This document shows, one piece after another, positions 53,601 through 63,500 of a DNA stretch of 64,000 bases (position 1 is its first letter; every line of letters begins with the position of its first letter). Origin of the DNA: Bryobacterales bacterium. Its GTDB lineage: Bacteria; Acidobacteriota; Terriglobia; Bryobacterales; UBA6623. Below the pieces are notes generated by a model. The model did no database searches and had not been told where the DNA came from. It saw only the letters and a list, made by a program, of their open reading frames with translations. Made by a program: the position numbers and the translations under genes. The stretch covers positions 608,001 to 672,000 of the forward strand of contig OY729427.2 of assembly GCA_963422375.2 (NCBI GenBank). The letters are read 5' to 3'.

Positions 53601-54311
53601 GGAGCCCTCGCGAGATCGTTGCGGCTCAACATCAACAACGCCGAGGCGCACAAGATGCTCGGCCGGACGCTGATGATCATCGGGCGCTTCGACCATGCGC
53701 GGACCGAGTTCGAGCAGGCGGCCCGCCTCAGCCCCGAATCCGCCGAGATCCGCTACAACCTGGGCAAGCTCCACTCCGCGCAGGACAACTTCCCGGCCGC
53801 CCGCCGCGAGTTCGAGCGCGCGCTGCGCCTCGACCCTTCGTACATGGAGGCCCACAACGCGCTCGGTTTCGCGCTGGAATCGATGAACGCCAACGCGGAA
53901 GCCGTGGACAGCTACCGCAAGTCGCTCGCGATCAGCGAGGAGCGCGCCGCCGCCTTCATCTCTCCCTACGTCAATCTCGCCGCTCACTACAATCGCCTTA
54001 ACGATCCATCGAAGGCCCTCGGGTATGCGTCCGAGGCGCTGGAGATCAACCCCCGGTCCGACCTGGCGCTTTTCCAGGCCGCCAAGGCGTTCCGAGCCCT
54101 CAAGCAGTGGAGCCAGGCGGTGGACCACCTCGAGCGCGCAGTCTCCGTCAACGCTCGCGTATCGCGCTATCACTATGTGCTCGGCCTGCTCTACAGGCGC
54201 TTGGGAGAAGGCTCGAAGAGTCGCGAGTCGTTCGGTGTGTTCGAGCGCCTCGAGAAAGAGGCGACAACATTGGAGGCCAAGCGTCGCGCAGCGAATGCCG
54301 ACCGCCAGTAG
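50625..54311 (+). CDS. Very large tetratricopeptide repeat protein (~1200 aa), secreted
   Basis: Near-continuous TPR units (AHNSLGTLL, ALNNLGLVL, AHYNLS, IRYNLG). Confidence 0.9.
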   Translation: MRTARDLPRTRNAFAPRRQARLTRGLASLALWWAIAPAVAQDRPSDHYLRGIRLLEQELWDPAIYEFHEALKQAPDEAATHIAMGVALSNKGAADLAVGAFRNAAELQPESTEARFNLGLALRNAGLADQAIKELEQSIRLDPTLEQGRFELGLLLQGEGLWERSTEVFEQILERNPAAAMAHHWVGVAYQQREDFGKAIASFRSAIEIEPSLVRAHNSLGTLLAETGSMEAAVESFRTALELQPGSADIRMNLGVALRTVGEGEAAVRQFQEILAAGAVGFATEGPGPDFFAEVQHQVGQTLRGRDPAGAAEAYEKALELNPEKLESYYGLGQALKRLAARSRGGPQVRSAEVGAVRIARARSAASSGDLAAARSELEQALEAAPEFAPAHSLLGFVLGQQGDLEGSVQRLREAISLSPRFAEPRYHLGLALWYQGRRTEATAELEEALRLDPAMAEACAFLGMAYREQRRDDDARRYLQRAIALKREMPGPYVDLGVVFLRERRGDWALGQFEAALNLPRSAGAIPDLDVPITALRAELRRNPNSAQAHNVLGRLLGRAGADPQEVAKAFREAVRLRPEFPEALNNLGLVLTQTDRTEEALAAFREAVRIRPDFAQARANLGGALVIVDEDEAVRELEAALDINPGLVNAHYNLSRAHSQKADREREIKHLRKALSLDPGFAKAHLFLGRALVAERRIDEAVEHFERALELDPGLGEARYQLGLALVRVGRREEAQEHLRASRPLISERQQGETATVLMRQAREALGRGAAGEAVDKLRQVVSLAPGYLDAQLALGEALARIGEDKASAGTFRRALELRPDSYSAFLGLGRALQSAGRPEEAASAFRTAVKLRPSSTEALELEAQALLESGNEAGALESFREVTKLDPENQSAREQLGRIARLRQERRRTELLASLIEPGAPRLASPDILGTDMDDPAFVRMVESEMRAESYSQTETRLRQYLQDNPDSWWGHYALGYACFAQRKIGESVGALARSLRLNINNAEAHKMLGRTLMIIGRFDHARTEFEQAARLSPESAEIRYNLGKLHSAQDNFPAARREFERALRLDPSYMEAHNALGFALESMNANAEAVDSYRKSLAISEERAAAFISPYVNLAAHYNRLNDPSKALGYASEALEINPRSDLALFQAAKAFRALKQWSQAVDHLERAVSVNARVSRYHYVLGLLYRRLGEGSKSRESFGVFERLEKEATTLEAKRRAANADRQ

Positions 54312-54356
54312 GGCCCGAGGCAGGCGGGAGCGGCGAGCGACCGCTCCGGCACGCGG

Positions 54357-56234
54357 CTAGCCCGTTGCCAGCGCGGCCTCGAGGGTCTCGAGATCCCCGC
54401 CCTCCGTGATCCGGATCACGCGATTGCCCCGGACGGACTCAAAGGACTGAGCGGCGCCCGACGGCCAGCGCACTTCGACCAGATCAGCCAGGGCGGCGCT
54501 TCCGAGCCCGAAATGGAGCCGCAAGTCGTTCTGCGAGTAATAGCTCGAACCGCTCATCACTTCGTCCACCTGCACGCGCCTCCCGGTCGTCACCCGCACC
54601 CGCGCGCCTATGGCCGACCGGTTCGAAGTCGTTCCGACGCACTTGACCGCCAGCCAGCCGTTGGCGTTGCGGCACTCGTTGCGTAGTAGCGACGGCGAGT
54701 CGTCGAGGTTGTTGACGACGATGTCGACGCGACCGTCGTTGTCGAAGTCGCCGAAGGCGCAGCCCCGGCTCACGCGCGGAACGGTAATCCCGGGGCCAGC
54801 GCTATCGGAGACATCCTGAAAGCGGCCGTTGCCGCGATTCCGATACAGGATCTTGCGCTGCTTGTAAGTGACGTGGAGGTCGCTGCCGACAATGGCCGGA
54901 TACACATGCCCGTTTGCGAGGAAGATGTCCTTCCAGCCATCGTTGTCGAAGTCGAAGAAGCCCGCGCCGAAGCCGAGGAACTTGGTGTTGACTCCCAAGC
55001 CGGCTTCCAGGCTCGCGTCGTAGAAGGTGCCGTCCCCGTTGTTGCGGTAGAGCGTCGTGACTTGGTCGGAAAAGTTCGTGCGGACAATGTCGAGCCAGCC
55101 GTCCCCGTCGCAGTCCGCGATTCCGACTCCCATGCCGGCCATGGCGGCTCCGTCCTCGTTGAAAGCGCAGCCGGCGGCCACGCCGACCTCGTTGAATGTG
55201 CCGTCGCGATTGTTTCTGTACAGCAGGCTGGGGGCGGTGTCGCACGCGACGTAGATGTCGGGCCAGCCGTCGTTGTCGAGGTCGGCCGCCGCCGCGCCCA
55301 TCCCGTAGGAACCCACGGGGCGCCAATCCGCCTTGGTGAACGCCGGCTCGGCCGGCCCGCGCGGGTCGGCAATCCCGGCGGCTTCCGACACGTCCTCGAA
55401 CCGACCGCCACCTAGGTTGCGGTAGAGGATGTTCGTCCCCCCGCCGAAGCCTTGCGGACCGCAGGCGACCGGCATGCCGCTGTACCAGCAGGGGTCCGCA
55501 CCGCCGGGCTCGGGGGATACCGCGGGATCGTAGTTGACGTAGTTGGCGACAAACAGGTCCAGCAGCCCGTCGCGGTCGTAGTCCAGGAAGCAGCAGGCCG
55601 CCCCCCAGCGACGCCCGTCACCTGCTACGCCGGCGTCCTCGGAGACGTCGTCGAACGTCCCGTCGCCGTTGTTGCGGTACAGCACGTTCCTGCCCCAGTA
55701 GGTGACGAACAGATCGTCGAATCCGTCGTTGTCGAAGTCGCCGACGCAGCAGCCCTGACCCCATCCCGAATGCGTCAGGCCGGCCTCGCGGGTAACGTCA
55801 GTGAACGTCCCGTCCCGGTTGTTGCGGAACAGGTAGCTAGTCGGACGGTCGCCCTCGGCGATGCCGTCAAAGGAGGTTCCGTTCACCAGGAAAATGTCCA
55901 GCCAGCCGTCGTGGTCGTAGTCGAAGAAGGCCACGCCGCAGCCCATTTCCTCCAGCAGGTATTCCTTTTCCGTGGGGTCGCCTGACACGTTGACCGCGCC
56001 GCCGAGACCGGCGGCGCCGGCAATGTCGGTGAAGCGAATCGCGCCGCCGGCCGGAGCGGAAGCAAAGGCCCGGCCTGGCTGGCCAAGTGCTTCCTCCAGC
56101 ACTCCCGCGGCCGGGTGGCCGGGCAGAAGGCTCGCGAGGTAGGCGCCGGACGCCCCGAGGCCCGTGCGCCGGAACACGCGCAGGAATTCCCTGCGGGAGC
56201 GACGTGAGCTGCGACTAGTTCTCGGGAAGAGCAT
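54357..56234 (-). CDS. CRTAC1-family FG-GAP + ASPIC/UnbV protein (Tat signal)
   Basis: SRREFL, repeated DYDHDGWLD/DFDNDG, LYRNNGDGTF, SNRSAIGARV, SYYSQNDLRLHFGLG. Confidence 0.93.
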   Translation of the reverse strand: MLFPRTSRSSRRSRREFLRVFRRTGLGASGAYLASLLPGHPAAGVLEEALGQPGRAFASAPAGGAIRFTDIAGAAGLGGAVNVSGDPTEKEYLLEEMGCGVAFFDYDHDGWLDIFLVNGTSFDGIAEGDRPTSYLFRNNRDGTFTDVTREAGLTHSGWGQGCCVGDFDNDGFDDLFVTYWGRNVLYRNNGDGTFDDVSEDAGVAGDGRRWGAACCFLDYDRDGLLDLFVANYVNYDPAVSPEPGGADPCWYSGMPVACGPQGFGGGTNILYRNLGGGRFEDVSEAAGIADPRGPAEPAFTKADWRPVGSYGMGAAAADLDNDGWPDIYVACDTAPSLLYRNNRDGTFNEVGVAAGCAFNEDGAAMAGMGVGIADCDGDGWLDIVRTNFSDQVTTLYRNNGDGTFYDASLEAGLGVNTKFLGFGAGFFDFDNDGWKDIFLANGHVYPAIVGSDLHVTYKQRKILYRNRGNGRFQDVSDSAGPGITVPRVSRGCAFGDFDNDGRVDIVVNNLDDSPSLLRNECRNANGWLAVKCVGTTSNRSAIGARVRVTTGRRVQVDEVMSGSSYYSQNDLRLHFGLGSAALADLVEVRWPSGAAQSFESVRGNRVIRITEGGDLETLEAALATG

Positions 56235-56751
56235 GATCAGGCCGCGAGCGCAATGAGTTCAAACGCGTGCGCGAATGACAGCCTCCCCGGATCCTCCGTC
56301 CCGTGGGGACTCTAGGGAACGCCGCACCGGCCCCGCGGGATTCGGAAGCGGGCATGGACGGCCTGCCGAGGATACCGGCTCTCCCATCGAATTCGCATCA
56401 TTATAGGTGCCGCCCTCGGGCACGGCCTGCACTGCCGACCTTCCCAGCGTCGGGTTCCGACGCAAGCCCGCGGAGCGTTCGACTGTCCGGCTCCGCCCGC
56501 CCGGGAGCGCCAGCGGCGGGCTCCCCCAAGGCCCGGTCGGCGCTGCGAGGCCCGCCTCGAACTTCTGGCGCGCGGCGCCATGTTCGCGGCGCAGATCATT
56601 CGGAATTCTGGCCAGTGCTCCCGCTCGCGAGACGCCCCGCAAGCCCCGCATTCCCCGCCCGCAGGCGTTTCGGAAGCAGATTTGGCGGCCATCGAGGGCC
56701 CAGAAACTGGATCCATGGGCCTGCGCCGCATTCGTGAATAATGCGGGCTAG

Positions 56752-56856
56752 GTGTCCCTGCCGTCCGGCACGATCGTTCAAGGCACCAAGCTGCCCCTGA
56801 CCTTGTGGTTCCGCGCCATCTACCTGCTGGCGCAGGCGAAGAACGAATCCAGCGCC
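56752..56856 (+). pseudogene. Short IS1595-family transposase remnant
   Basis: Translates to VSLPSGTIVQGTKLPLTLWFRAIYLLAQAKN, resembling the type A transposase segment TSLVAGTI..TKLPLT.W. Confidence 0.7.
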
Positions 56857-56876
56857 CAGCCAAGGCTGGCAAAGGC

Positions 56877-58587
56877 CAGCGGTTCTAAATTTGGCCGTCA
56901 AGGGGGTGCGTGAAGGTTGTTTCGGAGGATGAGGTGAATAAGTTGACCGAGAGGTTGCGCTCCTGAGGCCGCCCCGCGGGAGCGTCGGACGGCGGGCAGG
57001 GTCGTGGCGCGGGTCCGCCGAGTGCCGAGCCCGCGGCCGGACGCACTCCGGCGGTAGCCGGCTGCGACGGTCGGCCGCTCGCCGGACGCTGCCGGCACGA
57101 AACTGCGCGGAGTCCAGGCCCCGGCTGCCCGGCTGCCTGGCAGCCCGGGGGCGCGCGTCCGTCGCGCACCGCCGCCAGCAGCGTCGGCCGGTCCGGGAAG
57201 CGGAACCAGCGCGGCGCGACCTGCAGCTCCTGGAACAGCTCCTGGAACAGGGCGCGGCGCGTGACCGGCTGGCGCCGGCACTGCTGCCGCAGCGCGCAGA
57301 CGCACTGCACCACGGCGTGGAGCGCGAAGGCGAACGGGTTCGGCACGGCCGGCACGTTGGCCGGCCCTTCCTTGCCGTGCCCGAAGTTGCGCTTGCAGTT
57401 GCGGCCGTGCCGCGCCAGGCAGTTGCAGCCCTCGTTCTCGATCTTCCAGCGCGCCCGGCCGGCCCGCGCGATCCGCTCCGCGTTGTCCGCGGTGACCGCG
57501 AGACCTGTGAAGAAGCTGTTGGCGCAGGTGCGCTTGCCGTCGCGCTCCACGGCGTACTCGATCCAAGTGCCCCGCAGGACGTCGCGGCCCTTGCGCAGGG
57601 GCGCCGCGGCCGTCCGGCGGAAACGGTGCCGCTCGGACCGCTTGCCCTTCCCGCGCCGCTCGCCCGCCGGCTCTCCGGCACCTCGTGCAAGTGCTTGCGG
57701 GATCCGGGCTTGCATGCCCGGATGTAGTCCATGCCGGCCGCCGCGGCGGCCTCGCAGACCGGCTGGCAGCAGTACAGGTCGTCCCCCAGCAGGACGGGGC
57801 GGCAGGCCTGCAGCCAGGCGCCGCGAGCGGCGAGCCAGCGCTTGGCGGCGTTGCGCTGGCAGTCCCGCTTGCGCTCGTCCTCGCTCATGTCGGCGCGGGT
57901 CGCGGCCGCGTCCCGCTGCGGGCACGCGAACTCGGGCATCAGCGGCAGGACGGTGGCGTGGCCGTCGGCCACCGCGGTGGCCGAAGGCCACGGCGTGGAA
58001 GTGATGCGGCCGGCGCTCGCTGCCGACGCGCCGCACCGAGCACTGCGGGCACTGCGGGCCATGCACCCTGTCGGAGCGGTGGAACCGGACGCCGTCCGGA
58101 GCCGCCGGCAGGCGCTCGTCGAGGCGCTGGAAGGGCTCGAGCGCGCCCTGCGCGGCCACGGTTGCGAGGCACGGCCGGAACAGCGGGTCGAACGCGGCCG
58201 GGTCGAGGTCGTCGAGCAAGTTGCGGATCCGGTTGTCGCAGGGGATGCGGCCCGCGCCGAACAGGGTCCGGCAGTTGCAGCGCGAGCCGTCCCGCTCCAT
58301 GCGCCGCTGGAACGCGAGCAACGACTCGCACCGGGCGAAGAAGCAGGCCGGGGCGCAACCGGCGGCGTCGCTGACCTCGTAGCGCTTGTTGCGGCGACCC
58401 GCGCGCCAGTCGGGCAGGCCGGCGGCCGTCTCGCGGAAGGCGCTCAGCAGCGAGTCCAGGACATGGGGCATGCACCCTAGCTCACAAATTCCGCAAGGAC
58501 CGCAAGGAAAAGTCAAGTGCCAGACTGCCTTCGACACCTTTCTCAGACACTCTGGAAATCCCAAAATGCCCAAATTGAGAATCGCTG
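56877..58587 (-). mobile_element. ISNCY-like element with frameshifted transposase (~57100-58471)
   Basis: TIR CAGCG(G/A)TTCT(A/C)AATTTGG; 9-bp TSD GGCAAAGGC. Motifs DCQRNAAKRWL, LGDDLYC.QP, RARWKIENE, NFGHG. Confidence 0.88.
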
Positions 58588-58843
58588 GGCAAAGGCAGAC
58601 TACCGGTCCGTAGCGCGGGACCGCGCAGTCGATGCTCAGCCGCCGGGTCCAGAGGGTCTAGCCCTTTCGGCCGGAGCGAACCTGCGGCCGTCGAATCGCG
58701 GTGAGACGACGACGCGGCCGAGCGTGAAAGCCGTGCCCGCAGCAGGAGCGCCACGATCTCGCTCGAGCGAGATGTCCCGAGCGCAAGCCTTTCGGGACCG
58801 CCGCAGGGAGTCCGTGTCCCAGTGATCGGAAGCCGGCTGCCGG

Positions 58844-59542
58844 ATGCAAGAAACGGTCATATGCTGGGTCTGTTGTCGGCGAATGGACGGGTTTCTGCTC
58901 ACCCTTGGCGGCCTTGGCCTGTTCGCAGCGCGCGACGCCAAGGGGCTGGCATGGAATTCGGGTCCGGGGCTGCGCGCCCTCTACGCGGTGGTCTTCCTGG
59001 CGGTCGGCGCAGCGCTAGGCTCCGTCGCCGAACAGGTTTCCGGGGACGAAGCGCAGGCCATGCTGAGGAACGCCTGCCTGTGGGGGCCGTCGCTCGGAAT
59101 TCATGCGTTGCTGTGGATAGCATTCCAGCGAGCGAAGCAGGCCCGGCGCGGAGCCCGCTGGCCGACCGGGCTCTTCGTGCTGCCGGCGCCCGTCTCCCTG
59201 TATTCGCTCGGAGGCGGTGTGTGGGTGACCCTGCAGCGGACCAATCTCACCGGAATCGCGGCCGGAGCACTCGTCGCAGGCCTGTTTGTCGCGTCCGTAC
59301 TGGTTGCCGCCTGGCTCGGCAACTCGCCCCCGAGGCTCGCAACGAACGGGAGAGCCGCTCTCGAATGGGGCGCTGCGGCGAACCTGGCAGCGTTCCTCCT
59401 GATCCCCCTCCAACAGGAGTCCAGGGCAAGCGGACTGCTAGCCCCCCCGGTGAACTGGTCGCGGACGGCCGTTGCGTGGTTCATCGTGCTGGCACTGGTA
59501 GGTGCCTCGTTCGGATTCAACCGGATACGTCGCGCGAGTTGA
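58844..59542 (+). CDS. Multi-pass membrane protein (HmuT-like by position)
   Basis: About 7-8 hydrophobic segments; first gene of a tight operon with ExbB-like, DUF2149 and CobN genes. Confidence 0.7.
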   Translation: MQETVICWVCCRRMDGFLLTLGGLGLFAARDAKGLAWNSGPGLRALYAVVFLAVGAALGSVAEQVSGDEAQAMLRNACLWGPSLGIHALLWIAFQRAKQARRGARWPTGLFVLPAPVSLYSLGGGVWVTLQRTNLTGIAAGALVAGLFVASVLVAAWLGNSPPRLATNGRAALEWGAAANLAAFLLIPLQQESRASGLLAPPVNWSRTAVAWFIVLALVGASFGFNRIRRAS

Positions 59543-59554
59543 GGAAGCGAATTC

Positions 59555-60199
59555 GTGGAACAGCTCTCGGACATTCTCTACTCGCTGTCGGATGCCTTCC
59601 TGATCCCCACACTGGCGGGTGTCCTGGCGCTGTTCGTGACAGCGACCTATCTGGTCGGCCAGTGCCTGTCCGAAGCTCTCGATCGCCGCTCCACGCGGGC
59701 AGCACTCGATCGCCTTCGCAGGGAGGGCACGGAACTGGACCGGTTCCTTCAAATGGAATGGCGTGGCCTGTTCGCCCGCCTGAAGGAAGCGCTGGTCTCG
59801 TATCCGCTCGCGAGCCAGTTCGCCGACAAGGCTGTCGCGGACATCGAGAATGCCTTGCGGGCTCGCGTCGAGCGAATATCGATTCTCTCTCGAACGGGTC
59901 CGATCCTCGGGCTGGTCGGGACTTTGATTCCGCTGCAGCCGGCCCTCGCGGGACTGGCGGAAGGAAACATGCAGCAGATGGCGGCCAACCTGCTGATCGG
60001 ATTCACTTCCACGGTGACCGGCCTGCTCGCCGGCGGGACGGCATTCGCCGTGGGGGTGCTCGCCCGGACGTGGGCGCGCGCCGACATCGTGGAGATGCGC
60101 TTCTTGGTCGAGCTGTGGCGCAGGCGGGAGGAGGCCCGATTTGAAGACACCGATGCCGAGAACCAAGTCCGAGGCTCAGAACTGGAACCTGTCCTCTGA
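59555..60199 (+). CDS. MotA/TolQ/ExbB proton channel family protein (HmuU-like)
   Basis: GPILGLVGTLIPL.PAL.GLA.GN...A.NL...F.STV.GL. Confidence 0.9.
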   Translation: MEQLSDILYSLSDAFLIPTLAGVLALFVTATYLVGQCLSEALDRRSTRAALDRLRREGTELDRFLQMEWRGLFARLKEALVSYPLASQFADKAVADIENALRARVERISILSRTGPILGLVGTLIPLQPALAGLAEGNMQQMAANLLIGFTSTVTGLLAGGTAFAVGVLARTWARADIVEMRFLVELWRRREEARFEDTDAENQVRGSELEPVL

Positions 60200-60542
60200 T
60201 CCATTCGCCGACGGCACCGATGACGGGGACCCGCTAGCCGGCGTTGTCAACCTGTTCGACGCTTCGATGGTCTTGGTCGTGGCCTTGCTGCTTGCCCTTG
60301 CCGGGACCAAGAGCCTGGCGGAGGTGGCGGCCAGGATGAGCCAGGAGGACATCACCATCGTGACGAATCCCGGAGCGCCGGACATGGAAATGATCATCAA
60401 GCGAGGCCCGCGAATCGAGAGGCTCAAGGCCTCGGAGGACGTCGGCGCCGGCCGGGGCACCCGGCTCGGGACGGCATATCGGCTCGCGAGCGGAGAGGTT
60501 GTCTATGTTCCCGAAGGCCGTGCGGGCGGAGGCGAGCAGTGA
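60141..60542 (+). CDS. DUF2149 family protein (HmuV-like)
   Basis: DPLAGVVNLFD.SMVL.VALL, V.NPG.PDME.I.K.G, G.GTRLGTAYRL.SGEVVYVP. Confidence 0.9.
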   Translation: MKTPMPRTKSEAQNWNLSSDPFADGTDDGDPLAGVVNLFDASMVLVVALLLALAGTKSLAEVAARMSQEDITIVTNPGAPDMEMIIKRGPRIERLKASEDVGAGRGTRLGTAYRLASGEVVYVPEGRAGGGEQ

Positions 60543-63500
60543 GGACCGGTATCCGACGAAGACTCGTGCGGTGGCTGGGAGCCCTCGCGGCCGTGCTGTT
60601 TCTGACGGGGGGCTATGTCTACCACGCGATGATGCCGCGAATCCTCTTCCTTGGCATCCCGCCGTCCCAGCTGTTCCTGCTCGCGGATGCCTCCGACGCG
60701 ACCGGCATCAAGTTCTGGTTCTGGTCTCGCGAGAAGATGGACGACCAGGACCTGGAGTCAGCCGATTTCTCGCGTTACAAGGCCATTTTCGTATCGAGCC
60801 GCAGGATGGACCCACTGACGCACGCCGTCCGAGGCGGCCTCAAGGAGGCCGCGGACAACGGGGCGGCCGTGTTCTTCCTTCCAGCCGACACGCAGGACCG
60901 CTTCCAGGCCACGCACGCCGACCCGGCCCATGTCGAGCAGGTCAGCGCGTACTGGGAGCACAGCGGTCCCGAGAACATCGCCAATCTGTTTCGCTTCGTG
61001 GCGAGCCGGTACCTCGGCGACGACCTGGACTTCGAGGGGCCGGAGAAGACACCGGAGGACGGCTACTACCACCCCGAAGCCCCTGATCTGATGACTTCGA
61101 CCGCGCAATTCGAGGACTGGTGCCGCGCGACTGGCAGGTGCAGGCAAGGGGCCCCGCGAGTCCTGCTGGACTTCGCGGACGGCTGGCGCTTGGGCATGAC
61201 CGTCGGCACAAGCGCCCTGCTCAAGGCATTCGAGACGCGAGGCGCAAGTGTCGCCGCAGTGTTCGGCTCGTCGAAGACGCCCCAGTTCGTGCGCGAGTTC
61301 CGGCCGGACCTCCTGATCTCGCGCCGCCATGGTCGCTGGCACCAAGGCGCGCGCGGCGTTGCATTGCTTGAGAACGAGTTCGACATCCCCGTCATGCGCG
61401 GGGCTTCCCTGCTCTTCAGCGGCGAGACGTTCGAGGACTACCGGCAGACCAAGAACGGCCTGCGCGGAGTCGGCCTGGCCATGGGAGCGATCATCCCGGA
61501 ACTCGACGGCGCCATCGAGCCGACGCTGATCGAGGGCATGCTGGCCGGATGGACAGGCAGGCGGTTCGAGGCCGTGGAGACGGAGCGCATCGACCGCCTG
61601 GCCGATCGCGCGATGCGATGGATAGGCCTGCGCGCCAAGCCCAACGCGGAGAAGAGAGTCGCCATCGTCTATGTAGCCGGAATCGGGAAGGGCAGGATCA
61701 CGGCGGCGAGCCTGAACGTTCCACGCAGCCTGATCCGCTTCCTGGAAGCGCTGCGCGGGGCAGGCTACCAAGTGGACGGACTGCCCCGGGACGCCGATGC
61801 ACTGGTCGCCGAGATGCTCCGCAAGGGACGCAACATCAGCGAGATCCAGCTGGGAGAGATCGAGGAGCTGGCACGCAGCGAGGACGTGACCTTGATCGAC
61901 CAGCAGCGCTATGCCGAATGGTTCGAGACGCTGCCCGCAGCGCTGCGGGCGGAGGTCGTCGCGGCGTCGGGGCCGCCGCCCGGGCGCTTCATGACGATCG
62001 AGCGGGACGGGCGGCGGTGGTTCGTCATTCCGAAGCTGGTGTTCGGCAACGTCATCCTGATGCCGCAGCCGGCTCGGGGAGCCAACATGGATGCCCGGCT
62101 GCAGCACAACGACCGCGTTCCGCCCAACCACCAGTACCTAGCGGCCTACTGGTGGCTCCAGCACGAGTTCAAGGCGGATGCACTCGTCAATTACGGGACG
62201 CACGGCACGCACGAGTTCCTGCCGGGGCGGCCGTTCGGGCAGCTCGCCGACGACTGGTCCGACATAACGCTCGGCCGCATGCCGAATATCTACGTCTACA
62301 TCATGGACAATGTCGGCGAGGCCCTGATCGCCAAGAGGCGCGGCTCGGCCGTAATCGTCGATCACCAGGTTCCGCCCATCGGAGCTGCGGCGCTGTCCGA
62401 ATCCGACCCGGAAATCGGGGAGATCTACCGCGCAGCCGAGCAGTTCGCAGGCCAGGAGGACGGGGGCGTCAAGGAGCGCCTGCGGGCGCAGATCCGCGAA
62501 CTCGGCCAGGCACGCAGGCTCGACGAGGACCTGGGCTTCGACTGGTCCTCGGACCTGCCGACCGACGACCAGGTCGCCGAGCTCGAGCTCCATATCCACC
62601 TGATAAACGACGACAGGATCCCGCTGGGCCTGCATGTCCATTCTGTGAGCAACAGCGCCGACGAGGCGGCGCACCTGATCGCCTCGATGCTCGGCGACGA
62701 ATATGTCCGCCGCGTAGCGCGGCAGGAATTCGGCCTTCGGCAGGAAGGGGGCACTCTCTGGGAGAAGGCCCGGGCGCGGGCGGTCAGCCACGTCCAGTCC
62801 GCCCTGGCCGGAGGGCCCGTGGCGGCTGCGCTCGTCCCGGATCTCGAGCGCGCTCGCACGCTGCATGCGGCACTGGAGAAGACGGCGCGCGAGATTCCGC
62901 AGACACTGCACGCGCTGGAAGGGGGCTATGTCCCGCCCGGCGCAGGAGGCGATCCGGTACGCAACCCCGGCGCGCTTCCCACCGCTCGCAACCTCTACGG
63001 AATCAATCCCCAGGAGGTTCCGACCAAGGCCGCCTGGGAGATTGGCGTCGAACTTGCTAGGGATCTGCTCGAGGCCGAGAAGCAACGCCTTGGAAGATAC
63101 CCGCGCAAGATCGGCGTCACGCTCTGGAACACGGAGCTGATCCGGCACTACGGTACCGACCTCGCGCAAATCCTCTATCTCATCGGCGTGCGTCCGGTCT
63201 GGGATCACAGGGGCATCGTCGCGGACCTCGAGCTGATACCGGCCAAGCGGCTCGGACGTCCGCGCATCGATGTCGTCATCCAGGCCGCCTCGCTGTTCCG
63301 CGACACCTTCCCGGACCGCATGGAGTTTCTCGACCGGGCCGTCAGGCTCGCCCTCACCGCACAGGACGGCGACAACTACATCGCCGATCACGTCGCGGAA
63401 ACCCAGCTGGCACTCAAGGAGATCGGTCTCTCCCCAGACGATGCCCGCTTGTACGCGGCTGCCCGGGTCTTCAGCAACAACGTCGGCGGATACGGCACGG

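Noticed and set aside
56280..56480. Cobalamin riboswitch upstream of the CobN-like operon (AGGTGC, CTGGGAAGG, hairpin GCGTCGG-CCGACGC)
   Set aside because: The motif pieces are on opposite strands and not in B12-element order. The region is better explained as the CRTAC1 promoter (TATAAT on the - strand near 56400). An Rfam scan would settle it.
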